This document shows, one piece after another, positions 1 through 12,000 of a DNA stretch of 20,000 nt. Within the stretch, counting starts at the first letter, position 1. The number at the start of each line of letters is the position of its first letter. Both the position numbers and the translations under genes were made by a program. This DNA comes from an uncultured virus (IMG/VR IMGVR_UViG_3300028561_000005) (Duplodnaviria > Heunggongvirae > Uroviricota > Caudoviricetes), in the IMG/VR virus record IMGVR_UViG_3300028561_000005; one strand, written 5' to 3'. The notes beneath the pieces are model-generated. The model searched no databases and was not told the origin of the DNA. It was given only the letters and a program-made list of their open reading frames with translations.

Positions 1-3000
1 TTCTTAGTGTTTGAACCTATTCTAGCACCTGGCTCATACTTAGAACCGGTTGAACCTGTTCCTGAAGCATTTGCCGCAGCCTTAGCTTCAGCACGTTTAA
101 CAGCGTCTACTGCACGTGTAACAGCATTTGTTGAAACCTTCTTGAAGTTTGCTGTACCCGAAGTTCTTGAAGAATCGCATGAACCGCTTGGGCGTTTACC
201 GTTAGCAGCCTGTCTAACAAGAGCCTTATCGACAAATCCCTTACCACTCTTCTTGTTAGGAGCTGGAGGTCCAACTAGTGTTGAAGATGTGGAAGAACTT
301 GTTGTGTTGGTTGTTGTCTTTGTATTGTTTGGAAGTAATGGTCCCATTACATCATTCGATGATGGTACAATTCCTGCACGCTGAGCTGCAGATTTGATAT
401 AATCACTATAGTCGTACTGGTTAGGGTCTACGTCGGCATGCCACATATCACTAGGCTTGTTAACCTGATAATGTAAGTGAGGACCTGTAGATTCACCCGT
501 CGTACCACAGTAACCAACCAGTGTACCACGGAATACTTCGTCACCTTCATGAACTGGAGGAAGCTGACACTGATGACCGAAGATGTGATAGTAGCCATGA
601 GTATCCTGAACGATTGTAAGGTTGCCGTAGCCACCTGTATTCCATCCTGCGAATACTACTGTACCATCAACTGGAGAATATAATTTGTTGCCTTCTGGAG
701 CGGCATAGTCGATACCACCATGGTCCGGACGTTCTGGTCTTCTATATCCAGAAGATACAGATGAACCTTCGAGTGTTGTTAAGAACCATGCGTCGGAACC
801 ATTTTCGGATACAGATGTTAAGTAGTCGTCGTCTCCGAGAGCACCTACACCTGCGGCTGCATTACCAGTTGTTGCTGATGCTGCACCGAATACTGCGTCA
901 TATAAACCGCCATAGAGCTTTCTCATTACCTTAGTAACGTAAGCACCAAGCTGTCCTATGAATGTGTTATCTACTGTTGTTGTTCCAGCGTCTCCGGCTA
1001 CAGATGAACCATCTATAGACGCATTGGTTGAGAATTCATCAAAGATTGTTCCTGCCTGATAATTGTTGAGGTCGATATTTGCGAGTTTAGCTCCGGTATC
1101 TTTGATACGATTTACCCATGCTCCTGAATACTGGCTTCCGCATGTAGCCCACCACGAGCTTGTAGCCATACGGTTAACGACATCATTGATTTCTTCTTTT
1201 CCACCCTTATGAGCTGGTCTCCAGCCATCTGCCCATCCAGTATGAACACCGGTGTTATAGATATCTGCTGGAACTATCATTGAAAGTGGGTTCTGAAGAA
1301 TTCCCGAATTATAGAGTTTAAGTGGATGTGACATGTTATTCTCTTTATAGAGTTTGAAAGCCAGATTATCTTGAACGTCTTTAGCAATACTCTCGTATTT
1401 TTCAAGAACCTTAGACAATTTATCAGCTTCACTCTGAGAAATAGCACTTGTTGCACGATTTGCAATGTTTAAGAGATATGCCTTGTCATCCGCATCAGTA
1501 ACGCGGGCAGCCATTCCACGAAGAACGTCTGCTGCAAGTGTAGCATGGAAACCGATTGTACCGATTGAAATTCCACTTCCGTTATCGTTAGGACATACAG
1601 CATGATATCCGCCGGCGGTGCCTGCTTCTCTGGATACAATACATTCGTGAAGAATTGTGTAAAGATTCTTTTCCTGCTGTGGTGTGAGAGCTGGACCTGT
1701 ACCTGATTTAACACCCTTACGATATGACAATGGAGTAATACCTCTGCCACTACGTTTTCCGCGTCCTGCACTAATAGCGTAGATAGAATCTCTGATAGTG
1801 TCATTTGCGTCATAAATTCTATCGCCGAATGGATCTTCAGGGTCCTGAACAACTATCTTGTTGTTCTTCATTCCTGTTGCAAGTACATAGTGAGCATTCT
1901 GATTTCCGAACGGAGTAGTTCCTCTACCAGACTGTCCCATGAGGATTACATCTTCACCATTAGCGAGTCTACGTCTTAAGTCTGAACGTGTTCCAACGTT
2001 TGCTGTACGTACGCCATTTTTGCCGAGATAGTCTCCAAAGAATTCTGGGAATGTACCAGCGTTTCTTTCCTTATAGCCAAGGGCATTTCTTGCTGCGTCT
2101 CTTACGTCGTAATTCAGTCCACGTCTAGCGAGAACTTCTGAAGCAACTACAGGGCCACAACCTGAGTCAGCGATTGACTGGAAATTGCTGTCACCAGAGA
2201 TATTGAATCTATCATCATAATCTCTCTGATAGAGATGTGGGTTTGCTCCACCCGAATACTGTGACTTGATGTATGATGCCTGTTCGTCATCCAGTGGTTT
2301 AGGTGGGATTAAGTATTTAAGTTTACGATTTTTGAATTCTGAACCCTTACCTGACTTCTTCTTACCGCCAAAAAGATTACTGAAGAATGTAGCAATCTTG
2401 CCTTTCTTCTTGGTTGTTGTTGAAGACTTAGAGGTAGTGGTGCTTGTTTTCTGAATAGGTTTTGGTGTTGTCATATCGTGCATTGACTCGTGACTTACAC
2501 TGTAACCTGTACCAGAAACTTCATTGTTTGTCAGCTGTGTTGCCGATGAAGCTTCAGTGTCGAATACGGAATTAATAGCGTCCTGAATGATTGTGAGTGG
2601 TGATGAAATTGCACGTCTCATGAACTCGCTTAATTTGTATAAGCTTGCTGCGAATGTGGTATCATTACCTGTGTTGATATACCAGAAACGCTTATCGTTT
2701 ATCTTAATCTTACCTTCATCAATCTGACTTGTTGCAGACTTATTCATACTTTCGTATCTTGCCATCTGTTCAGTAATATTCTTACCACCAGATATTGAGT
2801 TAATAAGATTGTCAATAAAGTTTCCGCCAGTAGGCATAAGCATATTTAACGGAGATAGTTTGTTGTTTGCGTATGCGTTTGTTGCTAAAGCTTCATCTAT
2901 TGCTGCATCTACGGCATCTACGCCAAATGGGTCTAATCCATCGTTAACCTTTGCATTAGTTTTAACCTTTGTCTTTGATGCAGTTGATTCAACTTCTTTA

Positions 3001-6000
3001 TCTGCCTTAGTGAACCAGCCCTTAACTGTAGATTTGATCTTCTGCCATTCTGTTGGGTTAACAGCACGGTTAAAGTCTTCAACAGTTTCGAAATCTGTTC
3101 CGTTTTCGGCATTATACATGTCAATTGCTTCGAGTGCATTATCCTGTTTAGTTTTGATTGCCTTAGCGAAGTCTGCACCTAAGAAACTGAATAAGTCGAG
3201 AAGTACGTTTGCAATGAAGTCTGCAGGAATAATTGAGCAGCAAAGACCTGATATAACGTTTGTTAAACCTGCGAAGAATCTCTCGAATACGGATACCTCT
3301 TCGTCTACTATACCAAGTACGTTACGTGCATTATCCCAGCCTGCGATGAAGTCTAATACGGCCTGAGCTATAGCCAGTATTACGGTTGCTTTACCAAGAA
3401 CCTTAGCAAGAACTTCTACAGATTCCATACCTAATTTCTTAGCAAGATTTGCTGCGAGTTTCTCACCAGTCTTAGCAAGTTTTTCGCCTAAAGCCTTCTT
3501 AGACATTCCGACCTTTTTAGCAAGTGGTGCAATCTTTTCAACAATCTTTGAATTGCCAAACAGTTTGGTTAATACCTCTTTAAGGAATGTACCAACCTTT
3601 GCAAGAAGTTTTGCTTTCTTGTCTGCACCTGCTGCAGTTCTAACTGCTGCTGTTGCAGCTGTTTCGACAGCGTCTTCTGCGACATCGGTTGCAATATTAG
3701 CCGCAGCTCTGCCTGATGCCTTAAGAGTCCAGTCGCGGAATTTACGTCCCACATTTGCTGGAGCATTAATTACATTCATAGCACCTTCGCCGAGACGGCC
3801 AACGATGCCAATTCCAGGAACCTTACTTACACCCTTGAAGATACCAGCACCAGCTTTTCCTGCTATATTACCAAGTGCTCCCATACCAGCAGCGTTATTA
3901 AGGAATGAACGTCCTGCCATCTGGAATAAAGATTTACCCTTATATCCAGTAGCATTAGTCTGCTGCACGTCAGCATTTCTGATAGACTGGAATGATGCGT
4001 TACCCGCGATTTCTTCTGCGAAGTTTTCGTCAAGATACTGTGTGCCTATTCCTCTATTAGCCAGATAGTTCTGATAGTTAGCATTGTTTATAGCTACACC
4101 TTCAGCATTTTCAGCTAAAGGACCGAATACTGAGCTCTTTGCTACGTCTGCAAACGCGTTGGAGTTTGAATTGTCGTATGCGTCGCGTTTAAGTTTGCTT
4201 TCGTTTATTTCTGCACCAGTAGTACCTGTTGCTCTACGTGCTGAACTTGTGATGCTGTTGCCAGCCTTTTTATTGCCGCTCTTACCAAATCCAACCTTAG
4301 ATGAAATTGTTTTAGCTCCGGACTTGATAAGTTCCCAAGCACCAAGCAATGCACCTTCGATTATTTCTGGAAGACGTTCAATAAGGCCATCCATTACTGT
4401 AGGTAATACATCATCTCTGAGGGTTGTGATTCCTGTTGACCAGAGGTCTCCAAGAACACTCTTAACCTTTGGAAGAGCTGTATCTTCTACCCATGGAATT
4501 ACGGTATTATTGATACCATTTACAACGCCCGAAGCAATACCTCCAGTGTAATTGCCAGAAGAATCCTTTTCGCCAACTAACCAAGGTACAAGTTTATCTT
4601 TGCAGAAAGGAATTACCCACTTAGCCATAGCACCAACGAAGAGTGGCACGCCAACCGCGAGTTTACCAATACCAAATACCTTACCGAAGAATTTCTTAAT
4701 CTTTCCGAAGAAAGATTCATCTTCGTCTTCACTGTCATTCTTAGGAATAATAAAGTCAGCAATAGCAGTAATCTTATTCTTCATAGTCTGGAAGATTCCA
4801 ACCTTTTCAGCCTTGTCTTTCTTAGCCTCAGCTTCTTCCTTAGAACCTGCTTCAGGTCTGTTACGTCTAGGGTCATTAGGAAGTAATACGTCATCAGCAA
4901 ATTCTGAGAGTCCGTCATTTGCTTCAGCATTAGTAGGAATCTGTCTGAGTATAGCTTCAAGCTCATCTGTGGTCATAGCCTTAAGAGCCTTAACTGAATA
5001 CTTAGGGTCATTCTTAAAGAAACGAGTCTCAGAAATCTTCTTAATTAATTCGTCTCTACGTTCATCCTGATTGAAGTTTGAGCTTAATCTATCAAATACA
5101 GAGACATGATTTCTATCAAGTAAATTCTGGATACCCATTCTCATTGACTCATGGTTTTCTTCAGATGCGAATCTGTTTAATACCGGAATCTTTGATGCTA
5201 CTGTACGTACACCTTCATTGAAACGTCCAACTGCTCTTTCCATTCCATTGTTTGAAGCACTCCAGATATCTTTTGCACGGAATTCTTTAAACTTAGACTT
5301 GTTGTTTGAAAGTGTTGAGATATACCTCTTAAGACCGACAGAATCGTTCTTAAACTGGTTAAGTATATATACGTTTTCTTCAGAAAGAACCTTACCGAGT
5401 TTAGCAGATTCTCTCTTAGTGAGTGTACAGATTGTGTCCAGAAGTTCCTTTTTGAATACGAATTTCTTCTTACCTGTAAATTTGAAGTTAGCAATGTTAT
5501 AGACTTTATTCTTGTCAGTTTCGCTTAATTCAAAGAAGTCTGTTAAAGCTTCAAGATCAATGAACCAACCTTTATCGCCCATGTCATTGAGTAATCTAAT
5601 TACATCTTCAGAAGATACATCGAATACTAATGGGAACTTCTGTGGTGTTATCTTAGAATACAGCTTAAACTTTCTGAGTTTAGCTACATGTGTATCTAAG
5701 AATCTCTGCTGCTCTCTGTCATATACACCGTCTGCCGCATCAAGTGCTGCATCGAGGATATGCTGACGATTAGCAGATGAATCTTCGAATGTGTTCTGTA
5801 TGTTAGAGATATCAATAGCCTGATTCATATTAACACCGTTGCCGTTATTGTAAACCGCATTGTCATTAATATTACGGAAGTTACCGATACCGTTCATGAA
5901 CTTAGTCACATTCTTAAGAGCTGCAGCGAAGTCTGCAAATGCATTTGTTGATACTTCTACAGCTTCAGCATTTCTTGCGAATATGTCTGCCTGTAAATCA

Positions 6001-9000
6001 GCTGAACGTGATTCAGCTTCACCCTGTGAACCATATTTAATTGAAGCAGCGTTCTTAGCATTGATTTCAGCCTTAAGAGAATCCATGATAGCTCTCTTCT
6101 GCTTAGCTGATTTCTTATTGAATTTCTTAATTCCTAATTTAGAAGCATATTCAGCAACCTTTTCGTCAGTAGCCTTATATGTATCTCTCTTAGCAAGAAT
6201 TTCATCACGCTGTTTGAGTAACTGCTGAACCTCTGCTATGAAAGCATCAGCTTCTTCTTTACTCATACGCTGTCCGTCTACGGTCTTAGTGTTTCTGATA
6301 AGATCAAATGCCTTTTCGTACTTACCCTGTTCAATAGCTCTGTCGATAGAACGTGCAGCATTACCGAAACGTGTTCTAAACTTGTCAGAAATCTTCTTGC
6401 CAATAGCTCTAGAGTTATTACCAATTTCTTTGTTAAGTCCACGTTCTCCATCAATATTGAAAGCAATAGAGTTTTTGATTAATTCAAGGTCTTCAACAGA
6501 AGCTGTTTCCGAATAAGCTGCGAGGTTCTTATCATATTCAGCATATTTATCTCCAACGAGGAATTTGCTCTTATGTCTCTGACGGAATTCGTTTCTTTCG
6601 GCTGCAGTCATATATGAACCAGCTCTACCGTTTTTGATACCGGCAGTCTTAGCCATATTACCGAGTGTTCCGAATAAACCCTTACCGATTAATTTAAATG
6701 GTAATCTTATTACGCTTGTAGCTTTCTTAAGAATACCTGTAGTGAGTTTCTTAATAGGGTCAGCCACATAATCTCTTACGAGATTAGCTAACGGTACAGA
6801 AATGTGTTCTTTGAATGTGTCTGCAATCATGTTTGGAATGAATGTAAACATATTCTTCAGTTCAGTTGTAATTGGAGCCATTGCGTCCTTGATTGGATCT
6901 AAGAAATCCTCGTGGAGGTTTTCCTTGATATCTTCAAAGAGATCTAAACCGAAGTTCTTGAGAGGTGTTACGAGATTGTCTTTTAACGCTCCAACAACAC
7001 CGCCATCACGTGTTCCGTCTTCATTCTTTTCGCCGAGTAATGCAGACTTAAACTTTTCTGTTGTTGTAAGGAATCCTGCACCGCCGCCGAGGAGAGCACC
7101 ACCGAGTAAACCGAATGGTCCCATTAAAGCTCCAGCTGCAGCGCCAATAGCTACATTAGGGAAAGCTGCCTTGATAGCCTTACGGTTATCTTCTGATAAC
7201 AGCATTCCGTCGCCGAATAATCTGTCCTGTACGAACTTAGTATTCTTGAGGAATCCTAAACCTGCACCTACGATAGCACCACCAACTGGTCCAAGTGGAG
7301 TCAAGAGACCGGCTACTGAACCGAGTAATCCACCTGTCTTCATGCTTGGTAAAGCCTGCTGTACAGATTCCTTAATTAATCCATCATTAGCATGTATCGG
7401 GTTACCATTTTCATCATAGTCAATGATACTTCCGAATAATGCCTGATTGAGTACCTTATTAGACTGGATAAGCTGTGAACCCATTCCGATACCTGCACCA
7501 AGTAATGGGTTTCCAACGAGTAATCCAGCGATGCCACCGATTGCACCCTTAGCAAGTCCCTGGTATCCAATACCCTTAGCGATTTCTCCAACACGTGTGC
7601 CAGAGAGACCATCATTTGCTCTAGCATTAGTTAACAGTCTACGTTTGAAGTTCTTTTCGGCTGCGGCCTGTTTTGCTATTGTTGCATCGTCTGCTGGATT
7701 TATAACTGTAGATTTTCCAGGAATAGAATATATTCCCATCTTAGGTACAGTATAAACTGAACCACCAGAAGTGATAATCTTTTCGTTAGGTGACATAATA
7801 GAGAGCATGCTCTTTGAAGACTTGTTCTTGCCACCTCTAGCGAACATAGAAGCGTTTGTGATATCGTTATAACGAGTTCTTGTTTCGGAATCAATGTCCC
7901 CAAACTCATTATATACGTAGTTGCCGTCAGCGATTCTTTCAAATCTGGCTTTTAACTCAGGGTCCTGTACAGATGCAGCAAATTGTTTCATAAGCTCTTT
8001 ATTTCGTGAATACTGAGCTAAGAACTGAGCTGTCTTTGGATCAAGGTTTGCACCGTATTCAGCAGAGAATAAATCGTAAGCATACTTGTCACGTTCTTCT
8101 CTAATCTTATCACGGTCAGCTCTTGAACGATACTGTCCGTTAGCATCACGATATACAGGTGAAGATTCGTCATCAGTAGCAGTATTCATCATTGAATCAA
8201 ACGAATTCTCTCCATATAAAGAATACTGTGAGTTTAATCTGTCATATCTGTCTGAACGTTCAGAGTCTAAACGTCCTACAACAGAACTGTCGATTGTGAA
8301 TCTCTTAAGCATTGCCTCTACGTCAGAGTTAAACTTAGCGTTAGCACGGTTTACTCTTGACTGAGCTCTAGCCTTGAGACTTTTAGCCTGTGGAATATAA
8401 GTACCACGCATTTCTTCAGCTTTACCTGTTAACTCATCACGTTCAGCAATGAGCTGTGCAAGTTCTTCTGGAGAATAGTTTGCATGTGGGTCAGTTATCT
8501 TGTCATGTAGGGCAACAGCCTGAAGATTGTACTGTTCGTACTGCTGCTGGAACTTGTCGAGATCGGAAATAGCATTAGTGAGTTCATTCTGGAATGCTTC
8601 ACGCTGTTTTGTTGCCGCATCAAATACTGCCTGGAATGGGTTAACAGAAAGGTTATTGATTAAGTCAGCATTAGCAGAAGCCTGTTTGAGCTGTTCTTCA
8701 ACATAGCTTCTCTGTTCATTGATGCTTCTGAGTTCATCTACAGATTTAGCAATGAGTTCATCATTTTCTTTAATCTGCTGATTAATCTCAGCAACGCGTT
8801 CCTTAGCCTTTTCAATTGCATCCTGACGTTCTTCATCTGTAGCATATGTACCGCCGCCATTGATAATGTCGTTATTAGCACGTAATTCACGACGAAGATT
8901 GCCTGTAGCTCTGGCTGTTGTGTTGATTGTATTCTGAGTATCTAGTGTGTTGAATATTCTATTGAGTTCTGATGTCATATCTGCAGTTCTGTTTACAGAT

Positions 9001-12000
9001 GCAAGTCTAGACGCTGGTGAAAGAACCTTATTGATTTCATCAAGTTTTCTCTGAGCAGCTTTCTTAGCAACTTCCGAAGCATTAGGATCATCAACCACAG
9101 ACTGATATTTGACACGAAGTTTCTTAGCAGATGCTATCTTACTAGCATTACCTCTGAAGCTTTCGAATCTAGCTCGGTCAGTTTCGTTCATAGCACTAGC
9201 ATGAAGTTTTGATTCTTCTTCGGTCATAGTTAACGCTTTCCTGATTGCTTCTGGGTCCTGAGCAGATTCGAATGCCAGAATCTGGCCAATCATTTCAGGT
9301 GTTAAAGCAGCCTCTTCAGCAGCAGCTCTACGTTTAGCTTTAAACTTTTCTCTGTAGTCTGTATATCCGAATGCATCAGCTAATGAACCGAATGCGTTAC
9401 CGTATGTTCCCTTAATATTTCCAATCTCATTTTTGAATGCAGCCTTGAATTTACCAAGAGGAGAAGCTTCACCCTGGCTAAGACGGTCTTTGGTGTTTGC
9501 AAGCCACTGACCGAATTTAGTCTGAGATAATTTATCCTTAGCTTTACCAAAGATATCTGTAACAGTATCTTTGATTGTATTAAATGATTCCATTGCTTTG
9601 TACTTAAGAAGACCCATGAATCCCTGAACTGGTTGTCCGTTGTCGTCTGTCATCTGAGTAGATGTCTTGTACAGTAAGTCAAAGATATGTCTGTCTGCAG
9701 CAAGCACAGCCTTTTCCATCATTCTGGACGGAGCATCAATCCAAGACTGAAGCTTATCCTTAACGAGGAATACTCTTTCGCCAATATTAGAAGCAGCAGC
9801 CCATTTGTCCTTGAATGAAGTGAGTTCTTTAAACTTATCTCTATTGCGTTCACGTCTAGCAGCGCCGTCTGTGATTATATCAAGGAGTGACTCCTCTTCT
9901 TCGAGGTCCTGACGAGCTTTTCTTCTTTCTTCAGCAGATGTCTGCTGCATATTAGCAAGGATTTCTTCCATATCTGTATTAGAGTCGACAATAATCTGTC
10001 CGGCACGGCCAGTCATGTAATCTAAGTTACGTCTATGATAATCACGGTCCTGAGCCCGCTGTCTGTCACGTGCAGCAGCTTCTGTATCTGAGTTAGATAC
10101 GAGTCTTGCGTTAGTAGAGTTAGCACGGTCAAAGTATCCGGATGGAACGTTAGCCATACCAGCATTGTTTCTTCCGTTTACCATTGGAATGATTGGACCA
10201 TTATTTGGATTTGAACCAATTGGCTGTCCTCCATTGCCGATTCCCTGAGGATATGTGATCATACCGTTAGTCTTAAAGAATTCAATGTTTCCATTGATTA
10301 ATCTAAGATAATCGAATACTGTCTTATTGTATTCGTCAGTAAGTTTTGTAAGATTAAAGAAGTTAGAACCTTTGTCATTATTGAGGTGTCTGTCTACTGT
10401 AGATTTGTTTCTACTGTTTCTAGACTGGTCTCGTGTAAAGTCAAGGTCTTCACCTTCAGTGAAGAGTTTATAAAGTGCTGTACCCTTTGTAATGTCCTTA
10501 TACTTTCTTGAAACTGATGCTTTATTGGACTGAATCTCTGCGATGAGATCCATTACCATATGTGGTTCCATTTCAAGCATAGCCTGACGAATGATATTGA
10601 GATTTCGGTCTGATGACATTCCTAAATCTCTAGCCTGTTTGCCCTTAATATTAATGTCACCCTGCTTGTAGACATATTTCTTAAAGGCATCGTAGTCTTT
10701 TTCAAACTGTTCTTTATCATCAAGATTACGGAAAGTCATACCTGATGTAGCTCTACACACACCAGAATCAAAGTCATCATACGATGAAGAGAATGGACGT
10801 CTATACTGACTAGCGATGTCGTCCTTAAACTCTTTACGTACTTTACTAAGAGATTTCCATTTACCAGTCTTATCGTCAAAAACCATTTCAGCTTCACCGG
10901 TAAGAGCGGCAGTCATCTTTCTAAGGTAATAAGGGATTACTTCTTCAAGATAATGCTTTGATGTATCATCCCAAGCAGTAGGTACTCCCTTTACTTCCTG
11001 ATACTTTATAGATGTCTTGGCATCTGTATCAAGTCCAAACAGTTTTCCAAGCATACGATTTACGGTACCCTTAGTACCCCAAGATGAATCCTTGGCCATT
11101 GAATTCATCCTACCGATAAATGCTGGGAATAATGAGCCTATTGACGCATCAAACTGCGCAACAGACTTCTTAAGTGATTTCGGAAGAGCTCCGCCAACGA
11201 TAGCATTCATAACAGCCTGCATTGGATTAGCAGCTGCCTGTCTAAACATTGAACCGCCCATCATGGTGTCCATTTGTTTAAGGAAGTCAGGATTTAAGAA
11301 TGCACCAATCATAGGTATCTGTGATATAGCATCATTAACACCCCTGGTTTTGACTTCATTCAGGTAAGCCCTGAGGTCTACCGAAGAAACCATAACAGAA
11401 TCCAGTGTGTGTTTTGCTGGAGAATATTCAGAACCAGATTTCTTCTTAGGATTAAATACTTCGTTGATAGATTCTAAGTTCTTGCTGATATTATCAAGAG
11501 TCTCCGTAGTAGAAGTAAAGAATTTAGCCTGCTGTTCAGACATAGTCTTCGCAATGGAAGTAACGTCCTTAAAGCCAGTAACCATATTATCGTTTACTGT
11601 ACTTACGCTGTTGTTAAGCTGCCTTGTTAACTCGATATTCTGAGTATACAGCATTGAAGCTATTTCTTTATTAGCCTCTATCTGTGCCTGAGAACCTCTG
11701 AGCATAGCATTCGCAACAGCCTTCGAAGTAATCTTGTTGCTCTTAACGATAGAACGGGAAACAAGTAAGTCTCCATCCTGAAAGTTAAGGTCATCTAATC
11801 TATCCGGATCGAATCCTAATTCCGGAAGATCAAAGTCGCCAATGCTGAATAAATCTCCACCGTATTTGGTTTCGTAGTCTTCAACTCTGGCTTGGTTGTA
11901 GAAGTCACCAGTCTTGAGGTCTTCGATTGCATTTTTAATAAACATCGAGGATATCTCAAATGCCGGCGATTCCTTAAATCTTGTAGCAACTCGTTTAGCA

